Below are positions 17,576 through 25,283 of a stretch of 32,000 bases of DNA, piece by piece. The stretch lies in the NCBI RefSeq assembly GCF_000406145.1, contig NZ_CM001976.1, positions 43,186 through 75,185 of the forward strand, given 5' to 3'. The position numbers and the translations under genes are program-made. Position 1 is the stretch's first letter. Every line of letters starts with the position of its first letter. The notes below the pieces were generated by a model. It did no database searches, had not been told where the DNA came from, and worked only from the letters and a program-made list of their open reading frames with translations. The DNA comes from Dickeya dadantii NCPPB 898 (GTDB lineage Bacteria; Pseudomonadota; Gammaproteobacteria; Enterobacterales; Enterobacteriaceae).

Positions 17576-18146
17576 GTCGTCAGTTCCAGCCCCTGATCGC
17601 CAAAGGGAGCGGTGGCGGTGATATGAAAGCCGAGCGACTGGTAGCAGCGTAGCGCGCTGTGGTTATGGCTATACCCGTCATACTTCAAGTTGCAGGTGCG
17701 TTGGCTTTCCTCGCTCACCCCAGTCACTTACTGATGTAAGCTCCTGGAGATTCGCTGCGTCGCCGCCTTCCTGCAACTCGAATTATTTTGGGTATAAACA
17801 CCGACAGCGATACGGCTTGCGCCTCAAATCGCTCTACCGCCTGTCGGATAGCGGCTTGCAACATCGCGCGCGCCAGCCCGCGCCTGCGGTACGCCGGGTC
17901 GATAAACACCCGGCACAGCCGGCTGTGGCGCGGCTCCACCTGATACAGCTCGACAAACCCCACGACGTTGCCCTGATGCTCAAACAGATAAGGCACAAAC
18001 TGCGGGTTAGCCAGATGATCGGTAATCTGCGTGGCGGTGAGCGGGAACGAATAGGTGGGACCACCCCACAGCAGATTCAGTTCGGCGCTGTCTACCCAGC
18101 GAATCAGGCGCGGGTAATCCGCCGGCGTAAAATCGACAAGAGACAT
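17548..18146 (-). pseudogene. GNAT-family N-acetyltransferase interrupted by the ERIC element (extant ORF 17724..18146 ends in an ERIC-encoded tail)
   Basis: The N-terminal 116 aa carry the GNAT core (VGFVELY..., RRRGLARAML). After ...AVSLSVF the ORF runs into ERIC (IPKIIRVAGRRRRSESPGAYISK*). Deleting 17672..17796 in silico joins it in frame to SHNHSALRCYQSLGFHITATAPFGDQGLELTTMRLITSCA*, with the stop at 17548..17550. Confidence 0.8.
17670..17796 (-). mobile_element. ERIC (enterobacterial repetitive intergenic consensus / IRU) element, 127 bp
   Basis: The reverse complement contains ...CCAGGAGCTTACATCAGTAAGTGACTGGGGTGAGCGAGGAAAGCCAACGCACCTGCAACTTGAAGTATGACGGGTATA. This matches the ERIC core, including the ERIC1R/ERIC2 primer sites. 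Terminal inverted repeats TATACCC are present. Length is the canonical 127 bp. Confidence 0.9.
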
Positions 18147-19519
18147 CAGGGCGTTTCCTTACCGTTTAAACGACTGGCGGCGCCGGCTTGCAGATAGCGC
18201 ATCATCTCCTCTTCCGGCACCATACCGCCGCCGGTGGCCCAGATAACATGGGTGCCTTGCCGGCAACGCTGCGGCGTCAGCGGCGCACGCTGGCGATAGC
18301 CCTGATTTTCCTGCAACAGACGCAGAAATCCCGGCGCGCCCGCCAGCGCGGACGGCTCCAGCAGAATCTGCTGGGTGTCGTGCATCACATGCAGCAACGC
18401 CAGCATGTCGTCATCCGTCAGTGTGTAGTAGCCATCAATCAGCCGCTGCATAGCCTTGCCGACAAAGCCGGAAGGGCGGCCGACCGCCAGCCCGTCCGCC
18501 GTGGTGCGGTTGCTGATGCCGAAATCCTGCACCGCCAGTTGGTCGTGTAGGCCGGTGTAGACGCCCATTAGCATGCAGGGGGATTCGGTCGGTTCGGCGA
18601 AAATGCAGTGGACGTGATCGCCAAACGCCAGTTTCAGCCCAAAGCTGATGCCGCCGGGCGCGCCGCCGACGCCGCACGGCAGATAGACGAACAGCGGGTG
18701 TTCGGCGTTCACCACCCGGCCCTGCGCGGCAAACTGCGCTTTCAGCCGTTCGCCCGCCACCGCGTAGCCCAGAAACAGCGAGGTGGAATTTTCGTCGTCG
18801 ATAAAGTGGCAGCTCGGGTCGGACTGCGCCTCCCGGCGACCCTGCGCCACCGCCTGACCGTAATCGCCGTCGTACTCCACCACTCGCACGCCGTGTGCGC
18901 GCAACCGGTCTTTCTTCCACTGGCGGGCGTCGGCGGACATGTGCACCGTGGTGTCAAACCCCAGTCGAGCGCTGGCGATGCCGATCGACATCCCCAGATT
19001 GCCGGTAGAGCCGACCGCGACTTTGTGGCGGCGGAACCACTGCTGGCAGTCGTCGTCCAGCAGTCGGCGATAGTCATCGCTTTCCCGCAGCAGTCCGTGG
19101 CGCAGCGCCAGCTGTTCGGCGTGGTACAGCACCTCATAAATGCCGCCGCGCGCTTTGACCGAACCCGCCACCGGCAAGTGGCTGTCCAGCTTCAGTAAGA
19201 CTGAGGGCGGCGCATCCAGCCCCGCCTGGCGGGCGATCGCGGCGGCAAACGTCGGCACCGGCACCAGTTCGGACTCGATGATGCCGTGGCTGGCTTCCAG
19301 TTCCGGAAATGCCTGACGCAGAAAAGGCGCGAACCGCTGCAAGCGCTGGCTGGCGTCGGCCACGTCGGCGCTGGTTAGCGGCACGTCGCCCAGCGCATCG
19401 CTCACGGAAGCCGCCGCCGGATTGAACCAGCACACCGGCTGGCGATTAACCAGCGGTTCCAGCAGCGGAAAATCGTGGAACCATTGCGGCAAGGATTTAC
19501 CGTATACGGCGTCGGCCAT
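18146..19519 (-). CDS. dsdA: D-serine ammonia-lyase (D-serine dehydratase)
   Basis: Colinear with E. coli DsdA ([72 protein letters not shown]). Start at MADAVYGK with an AGGAGA RBS. TGATG overlap with the GNAT start. Confidence 0.92.
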   Translation of the reverse strand: MADAVYGKSLPQWFHDFPLLEPLVNRQPVCWFNPAAASVSDALGDVPLTSADVADASQRLQRFAPFLRQAFPELEASHGIIESELVPVPTFAAAIARQAGLDAPPSVLLKLDSHLPVAGSVKARGGIYEVLYHAEQLALRHGLLRESDDYRRLLDDDCQQWFRRHKVAVGSTGNLGMSIGIASARLGFDTTVHMSADARQWKKDRLRAHGVRVVEYDGDYGQAVAQGRREAQSDPSCHFIDDENSTSLFLGYAVAGERLKAQFAAQGRVVNAEHPLFVYLPCGVGGAPGGISFGLKLAFGDHVHCIFAEPTESPCMLMGVYTGLHDQLAVQDFGISNRTTADGLAVGRPSGFVGKAMQRLIDGYYTLTDDDMLALLHVMHDTQQILLEPSALAGAPGFLRLLQENQGYRQRAPLTPQRCRQGTHVIWATGGGMVPEEEMMRYLQAGAASRLNGKETP

Positions 19520-19892
19520 TATCGTTGTCTCCTGTAAACGGCGGGCGTACCCGCTGCCAATCATCGACGTTTATCATGCCTGCGTTAGCCGGGATTTGCC
19601 TACCGCCATCGCCGGACGGGTGTTTGTTTATAAGAATTTATTTTTTCTAATCATAGAGATATGACAGCTTTTCTACCCTATACAGAATTTTTATACCCGC
19701 ATAACCGGCTTTTACGACAAATTTACCGCCTGACCGGTAGCCTGACTGCGTGTCTCCGGATGCAGCGCTAACCGAACGCGGGCGGGGCGCAGCGAACCGG
19801 CTGTGGCACGGCTCAGATACGCTGTGCGGCAGGCCCATTTCATGGGGAGAGTGAGCCTGCCATAGCGGATCTCCCGAGGGGAGGAGGTAATC

Positions 19893-20174
19893 ATGAAAGT
19901 AAACAGGCTGGCGGCAGGCGGATTGTTGCTGATGCTGCCGTTGTGCGGGCTGGCTATTGCGCCTTATCCGGCGGATGGCAATCGTGAATTTACCGAGGCG
20001 CAGCGGGCGGAGATCCGCCGGATTGTGACGGAATATTTGCTGATGCACCCGGACAGGGTGCAGGCGATAGGCCAGACGCCGGCGATCGACGGATGTATGC
20101 CGGCGCGTCCGGCTGCCGGCAACGGCAAGCTCAATCCGTGCGGCAACACGCTGTGGGTGTGCCCGCCGCAGTAA
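19893..20174 (+). CDS. Small secreted Cys-containing protein (93 aa); its N-terminal part resembles the leader region of DsbA/ScsC-like thiol-disulfide proteins
   Basis: Strong GGAGG RBS 5 nt before the ATG. Signal peptide (LLLMLPLCGLA). FTEAQRAEIRRIVTEYLLMHPD is reminiscent of ScsC/DsbA-family N-terminal helices, but no thioredoxin CxxC domain follows. May be a gene remnant. Confidence 0.4.
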   Translation: MKVNRLAAGGLLLMLPLCGLAIAPYPADGNREFTEAQRAEIRRIVTEYLLMHPDRVQAIGQTPAIDGCMPARPAAGNGKLNPCGNTLWVCPPQ

Positions 20175-20352
20175 ATCCGGTGGAAGACAGGGTGGGGAAA
20201 AGATGGATAAATAATGTTCATATTTTTTGAAAGATATCTGCAAATAAACCCGATTTTAACGTCGGGTTAACAGGTCTATTATCACTTCCATCGAAAGCGA
20301 AGACGCTTTCAGAAAAGACAAACAACCGAATTCAACGTGAAGGATATTGACC

Positions 20353-20619
20353 ATGAAAGCTATCAAAAACTTTGTTGCAGTTATCGCCCTGGCTACTGTT
20401 TCTTTCGGCACTTTCGCGGCTACCACGTCCAACGCGACTGAAGTACAGCAATCCGCCAGCCTGTCCGCCGGCACCGTTAGCGCAACTGCCAATACGCTGG
20501 ACGGTTTGCAGGCCAGCCTGTCTGAAAAAGCGAGTGCTGCCGGCGCCAAATCGTTCCGCATCATCTCCGCTACCGGCAACGAAAATCAGATGCGCGGCGT
20601 GGCTGAACTGTATAACTGA
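20353..20619 (+). CDS. DUF1471 (YdgH/BhsA/McbA-like) small periplasmic stress protein, paralog 1
   Basis: 88 aa. Signal peptide MKAIKNFVAVIALATVSFGTFA. C-terminal ...GAKSFRIISATG...GVAELYN is typical of the family. GAAGGA RBS. Confidence 0.85.
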   Translation: MKAIKNFVAVIALATVSFGTFAATTSNATEVQQSASLSAGTVSATANTLDGLQASLSEKASAAGAKSFRIISATGNENQMRGVAELYN

Positions 20620-20667
20620 TAATCAGTTTCTGGTTATCATCAGCAACAATTATCCATACGAGCAATG

Positions 20668-20694
20668 GCCGCCTTCGGGCGGCTTTGTTGTTTT
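20668..20694 (+). terminator. Rho-independent terminator
   Basis: gccgcc-ttcg-ggcggc followed by TTTGTTGTTTT. Abuts the stop codon of the convergent ROK gene. Confidence 0.8.
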
Positions 20695-21797
20695 CAGTAC
20701 TGATTAAGCGCCAGCGCGGCGGCGCCGAAGGCGGCGCTGTTTTGTGTCGGTAGCGTTGAGAGGCGCACCGGCGGTAGCGTCAGCGGCGCGTCGTCGTCCG
20801 GCGCGGGCGTCTGAGCCATAACGGCGGCCTGTAACCCGGCCATGAAGGGAGCGGGCAGCGTGCCGCCGAGGTAGAGACAAGGCGGGTCGAGCAGTGCGGT
20901 GACGCTATAGAGCAGCCCATACAGTTCCCCCGCCGCGCGTTGGACCCAACTTTTTCCGGCCGGCGAGGCCGCCAGCGCCTGCCAGTCCGCATCGGCGGTA
21001 TTGGAAGGTAACGGCTCGCCCGCCGCCAGCAGGCAGTCATGCAGATCGTCAAACGACGGGCGTGACTGCGCCCGGGTGCGCAGCGCGCCAATCTCCCCCG
21101 CGTTGCCTTGCTTGCCCCGATGAAGTTCGCCATTCAGGATCAACGCGCCGCCAATCCCCTTGCCGATATACAGGTAGAAAAAGCTGTCGTCCGGGGCGGC
21201 GGAACCGAAATGCAACTCGCCGATGGCGGCGCAGTTGGCGTCGTTTTCCACCAGCACCGGGCAGCCCAGCCGGTCGCTCAACTGCCGGGCGATATCTACC
21301 CCGCGCCAGGCCGCCAGACCGGGGGCGATCCACACCGGCATGGCGCCGCCGTCAAATCGGGCGGGCAGCGCCAGGCTGACGGCCAACAGCCGATCGCGGG
21401 CCTGCGGCTGAGCGTCGAGCAGGGTGCGGATAGCATCGGCCAGCGTATTCGCCACTGAGTCAACGATCCGGAAATCGCCGCGCAGGGTGGTTTCCGCCAC
21501 GCACTGCCCGGCATAGTCCATCAGGATCAGGCAAATCAGGTCGTATTCCGCGTACACCCCCAGTACATAGCCCGCGTGCGCCGCCGGTCGCAGGTTGATT
21601 TGCGGCGGGCCACGCCGCCCCTGCGCCCGGTCGCTCTCTTCCAGCAGGCCGAGGTTGAGCATGTCCCGCGTCATCATGCTGACGGCGGCGGTAGTCAGGC
21701 CGCTGGCGGCGGCCAGCGCGCTGCGCGACAGGCTGCCCGAACGGCGCAGCAACCCCAGCAGTTTGCGGTGGGTGGCGGTGAGTTCTCGCTTTTCCAT
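20694..21797 (-). CDS. ROK-family transcriptional regulator (NagC/Mlc-like)
   Basis: Start at MEKRELTATHRKLLGLLRRSGSLSRSALAAASGLTTAAVSMMTRDM (wHTH). ROK sugar-kinase-like fold (ENDANCAAIGE, GIGGALILNGELHRGKQGNAGEIG). Confidence 0.85.
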   Translation of the reverse strand: MEKRELTATHRKLLGLLRRSGSLSRSALAAASGLTTAAVSMMTRDMLNLGLLEESDRAQGRRGPPQINLRPAAHAGYVLGVYAEYDLICLILMDYAGQCVAETTLRGDFRIVDSVANTLADAIRTLLDAQPQARDRLLAVSLALPARFDGGAMPVWIAPGLAAWRGVDIARQLSDRLGCPVLVENDANCAAIGELHFGSAAPDDSFFYLYIGKGIGGALILNGELHRGKQGNAGEIGALRTRAQSRPSFDDLHDCLLAAGEPLPSNTADADWQALAASPAGKSWVQRAAGELYGLLYSVTALLDPPCLYLGGTLPAPFMAGLQAAVMAQTPAPDDDAPLTLPPVRLSTLPTQNSAAFGAAALALNQY

Positions 21798-21847
21798 GGG
21801 TATCCCTTGTCCCGGTTCTGTCCGGTTTCCTTCACACGTCTGCAATA

Positions 21848-21866
21848 TAATTAAGTTACTTAATTA
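21848..21866. promoter_or_regulatory. Perfect 9-1-9 palindrome TAATTAAGT-T-ACTTAATTA, candidate operator
   Basis: Read directly from the sequence. It occupies the centre of the 91-bp divergent intergenic region between the ROK regulator and the SBP gene. Confidence 0.5.
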
Positions 21867-21888
21867 ATTCGTCAACCTCAATAACAGG

Positions 21889-23268
21889 ATGGTGCCCGTG
21901 CGTAAACTTGTTTCGTTATCCCTGTCGGTGTTACTGGCGAGCGGGCTGATAGCCCACAGTGCGGTGGCGGATGTCATCAAACTCAAACTCTGGACCCTGA
22001 ATGACAGAAATGCGCCGATGCGCACCGTCAACATCGAGGAGGCGGCCGGGGTGCTCAACCAGCAATTCGCCGCGGCGGGGGTGGATCGCAAAATCGTTAT
22101 CGATACCCATGCCAGCGCGGTGCAGGGCTGGGACGATCTGGCGCTGGATACGCTGAAAGCCTTCGGCGTCAATCAGGGGCCGGACATCGTGCTGCTGCCG
22201 CATGAGTGGATCGGCGAGTTTGCCCGCAACGGTTACGCCATGCCGATGGACGGGCAGATTAAGGCGAATCCGTGGGTGTACGCCGATATTTTGCCGGTGC
22301 TGTGGGAGGCGATGAAGTACCAGGGCAAGGTGTACGGCGTCCCGCAGGATGCCGAGATCCGCATGTTTTTCTATAACAAGGACATGCTGCGCAAGATCGG
22401 CAAGGACGAGGCTTTTATCGATAGCCTGCCCGCCCGCGTGGACAGCGGTGAGTTCACCATGGATGACCTGACGGCGCTGGCGAAAGAGGTGGTAGACCGC
22501 CACGCCGCGCCGATCGGCATGCTGCATCGCCCGAATGTCGGCATCGATTATCTGATGGTGTTTGCCGCCTGCGGCGCGAAATTCATGGATGAGAAAACCG
22601 GCAAGCTGCTGTTTGCGAAGAAAGAGGTTGAAACGGCGCTGAGCTGGTACGCCCGCAATGTGGCGGCCGGCGTAACGCCGACCGACAACACCGCCATGAG
22701 CTGGGACACCATCCAGACCGCGTTCAAGCAGGAAAAAGCTTTCCTGTTCCATCAGGGCATCTGGGCGATGGCCTGGCAGGTGAACGATAACTTTGGCCCG
22801 GCGTGGCCCGCCGATAAAGCGGGTTACACCCACAAGATCGGCTGGATACCGGCACCGGCGGCGGTGAAGGGCGGCAAGCCCGCCAACCTGTCGCACCCCA
22901 TCGCCTACGTGGTCAGCAATAAGAGCCAGTACAAAGATCTGGCGGCGCAGCTGGTGGCTATCGCCAGTCTGCCGTACTACAACAATCGCCACGCCGTCAG
23001 TTCCTATCACACCGCCATCAGCTATGCCCAGACCGCGATGCCGCAATACACCGACAACTGGGCGCTGAGCGAAGCCGGCAAAATGATGAAAAACATTACC
23101 TTTGTGCCGAATCACGCCCGCTTTGGCGACTATAACCGGGTGCTGTTCAAAGGCTTGCAGGCGGTGGAAACCAAACGCATGACCCCGGCGCAGGCGGTGG
23201 ACTTTATCGCCGACGAGCTGGAAACCCAACTGGGCAAGGACGTGGAAATCGTGGATAGCCTGCATTGA
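21889..23268 (+). CDS. ABC transporter periplasmic substrate-binding protein (family 1, sugar type)
   Basis: Signal peptide (LSLSVLLASGLIAHSAVA). 459 aa. The start may instead be GTG 21898, which is better spaced from AGGA. Confidence 0.85.
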   Translation: MVPVRKLVSLSLSVLLASGLIAHSAVADVIKLKLWTLNDRNAPMRTVNIEEAAGVLNQQFAAAGVDRKIVIDTHASAVQGWDDLALDTLKAFGVNQGPDIVLLPHEWIGEFARNGYAMPMDGQIKANPWVYADILPVLWEAMKYQGKVYGVPQDAEIRMFFYNKDMLRKIGKDEAFIDSLPARVDSGEFTMDDLTALAKEVVDRHAAPIGMLHRPNVGIDYLMVFAACGAKFMDEKTGKLLFAKKEVETALSWYARNVAAGVTPTDNTAMSWDTIQTAFKQEKAFLFHQGIWAMAWQVNDNFGPAWPADKAGYTHKIGWIPAPAAVKGGKPANLSHPIAYVVSNKSQYKDLAAQLVAIASLPYYNNRHAVSSYHTAISYAQTAMPQYTDNWALSEAGKMMKNITFVPNHARFGDYNRVLFKGLQAVETKRMTPAQAVDFIADELETQLGKDVEIVDSLH

Positions 23269-23321
23269 TTGAAGGCGCGGCCGGAGAGCGCGCTTCTCCG
23301 GCCCTGACGAGTGAGGTGGCT

Positions 23322-24239
23322 ATGCCTGTGACGTTGTCGAATCGCCCGGCCGGTGTGCATCCTGCGCGCTGGCTGGCCCCCGCCATCTCGGTGCTGGCGG
23401 TGTTTTTTGTCGCGCCGATGCTGCTCAATCTGGTGATTGCCTTTAGCGACATGGGCAGCAATTTGCAGATAAGCGCCTTTGGCACCGACAACCTGATGCG
23501 GTTGCTGGTGGCGGACAAACGCCTGCCGGCGATCCTGCTGACCACGCTGGTGTACGTGGTCAGTACGCTGCTGTTGTTCAATCTGGGGCTGGGCATCGTG
23601 CTGGCGATCGCCACCACCGCGGTGCCGCCGGCGCTGGGGGCGCTGTTTCGCGGCATCTGGTTTCTGCCGCGTATTTCGCCGTCGGTGCTGTACGCGCTGT
23701 TGTGGATCTGGGCGGCGGACCCGTCGCCCCACAGCCTGATCAATCAGGTGGTGGTCGGCGTGTTCGGGCTGCCGCCGCTTAATCTGCGCAACGACCATCC
23801 GATGATACTGATTGTGGTGGCTAACGGCCTGGTGGGCGCTTCGTTTGCGATGGTGATTCTCGCCTCCACCATTCGCGCTATTCCGGCCCACCTGTGGCAT
23901 GCCGCGCGGGTAGACGGCGCCGGGGAGTGGTCGGTGATTCGCCATGTGGTGCTGCCGGCGCTGAAAAGCCCGGTGTGTTTCATCGCGTTGTATCAGGCGC
24001 TGTCGCTGATGGTGACTTACGAATACATCCTGCTGATTACCGGCGGCGGCCCGGTGTACGACACCACCACCTATGCGCTCTACATTTATCGACGCGCCTT
24101 CGAGTCCGGCGCTTATGGCTACGGCGCCATGCTGGCGCTGGGGCTGATGGTGTTCGGAGGGCTGCTGACGCTGTTGCAGTGGCGGATGATGAACATGCGC
24201 GCGCAGTTTACCCCGCCGCGTATCGAGGTGATGCGATGA
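23322..24239 (+). CDS. CUT1-family ABC transporter permease
   Basis: Start at MPVTLSNRPAG with a GAGGTGG RBS. EAA loop (HAARVDGAGEWSVIRHVVLPALKSP). Confidence 0.85.
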   Translation: MPVTLSNRPAGVHPARWLAPAISVLAVFFVAPMLLNLVIAFSDMGSNLQISAFGTDNLMRLLVADKRLPAILLTTLVYVVSTLLLFNLGLGIVLAIATTAVPPALGALFRGIWFLPRISPSVLYALLWIWAADPSPHSLINQVVVGVFGLPPLNLRNDHPMILIVVANGLVGASFAMVILASTIRAIPAHLWHAARVDGAGEWSVIRHVVLPALKSPVCFIALYQALSLMVTYEYILLITGGGPVYDTTTYALYIYRRAFESGAYGYGAMLALGLMVFGGLLTLLQWRMMNMRAQFTPPRIEVMR

Positions 24240-25282
24240 CGACGATGAACGCTGTCGACTGGGCGCGTCAGGCGGCGCGCTCGCGCTGGAACCGGGTGGG
24301 TTTTCTGGCGAGCGTGGTGCTGTTTCTGACGCTGGTATCGATACCGATTGTGACCCCTTATCTGTGGCTGCTGGCTATCTCGTTTACCCATCGGGATGGC
24401 GACAGCGAGTATCAGGTGCTGTGGCGATTGCTGACGATCGCCGCGCTGGCGTACGGCTTGCTGCTTGCCGTCGCCTGGCGGGCGCGTACCGAACAACGTG
24501 CCCGCCGCTTGCGGTGGCTGGTTGGGCTGGCGGCGCTGCTGGTATTCGGCCTGTGGGTTGCTCCGCAACTCACGTTGCACAACTACCGCTTTCTGTGGAA
24601 CCCGGATGTGCAGGCCACCGGTATGCAAAGCGGCACGCTGCCGTCTGTCTGGACCGCGCTTGGCAACTCGCTGCTGTTTGCTGGCGGCCACACGCTGCTG
24701 GTGACGCTGCTGGCGGTGCCTGCCGCCTATGCCTTGTCCCGGCTTGGCTTCCGACGGCGCGAAGGGGTGCTAAAAGCCCTGCTGCTGTTGCACGCCTTTC
24801 CGGTGATGGCGTTGACGGTGGCTCTCTTTATTCAGCTCTACTGGATGGGGCTGCTCAACAGCCTGTGGGGCGTGATGCTGGTGATGTGCGCGCTTGAACT
24901 GCCGTTCGCCATCTTCGTGATGAAGAATTTTTTCGACGGCGTGTCGTGGGATATCGAAATGAGCGCCATTACCGACGGTGCCAGCCGCTTTCAGGCCTTC
25001 CGGCTGGTGGTGTTGCCGCAGGTGACCGGCGGCATTATCGCCATCGCCACCTTTGCCTTTCTGCGCGGCTGGGAGGAGTACATTTTTGTGCGCACCCTGC
25101 TGATCGACAGCGGCAGGATGACCATGAGCCTGTACCTGTTCTGGGCGTCGCAGGACAGCATGGGCGCGGATTCCGGGCTGATTGCCGCTGTGGGCGTCAT
25201 CTACATCCTGCCGGTGCTGGCGCTGTATCTGTTAACTCAAAAATACCTGACGCAAATGAGCGTCGGTGGAATTAAAGGCTGA
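24236..25282 (+). CDS. CUT1-family ABC transporter permease
   Basis: ATGA start/stop overlap with the upstream permease. Begins MTTMNAVDW... EAA-type loop (MSAITDGASRFQAFRLVVLPQVTGG). The ORF-track start at 23894 is an out-of-context extension. Confidence 0.85.
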   Translation: MTTMNAVDWARQAARSRWNRVGFLASVVLFLTLVSIPIVTPYLWLLAISFTHRDGDSEYQVLWRLLTIAALAYGLLLAVAWRARTEQRARRLRWLVGLAALLVFGLWVAPQLTLHNYRFLWNPDVQATGMQSGTLPSVWTALGNSLLFAGGHTLLVTLLAVPAAYALSRLGFRRREGVLKALLLLHAFPVMALTVALFIQLYWMGLLNSLWGVMLVMCALELPFAIFVMKNFFDGVSWDIEMSAITDGASRFQAFRLVVLPQVTGGIIAIATFAFLRGWEEYIFVRTLLIDSGRMTMSLYLFWASQDSMGADSGLIAAVGVIYILPVLALYLLTQKYLTQMSVGGIKG

Positions 25283-25283
25283 A

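Larger units (their letters stand above)
20217..20694 (+). repeat. Direct repeat copy 1 (promoter/leader + DUF1471 gene + terminator)
   Basis: Aligns with 27344..27833 at an offset of about 7126-7127 nt. Only the stop-codon-to-terminator spacer is unrelated between the copies. Confidence 0.9.

Noticed and set aside
19700-19892. Assignment of the GC-rich leader to a known riboswitch class (cobalamin, Moco, Mn)
   Set aside because: I could not find the diagnostic conserved boxes of any of these classes by eye. Only the generic alternative pairing is reported as a low-interest finding.
19647-20243. 198-aa minus-strand ORF across the dsdA-DUF1471 intergenic region
   Set aside because: It has no RBS and an Arg/Pro-rich composition, and it overlaps the better-supported plus-strand small ORF. 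It is treated as spurious.
23894-24235. Long N-terminal extension of the second permease (ORF 23894..25282)
   Set aside because: It lies entirely inside the upstream permease gene in another frame and is Arg/Ala-rich. The ATGA-coupled start at 24236 gives a normal-sized permease.
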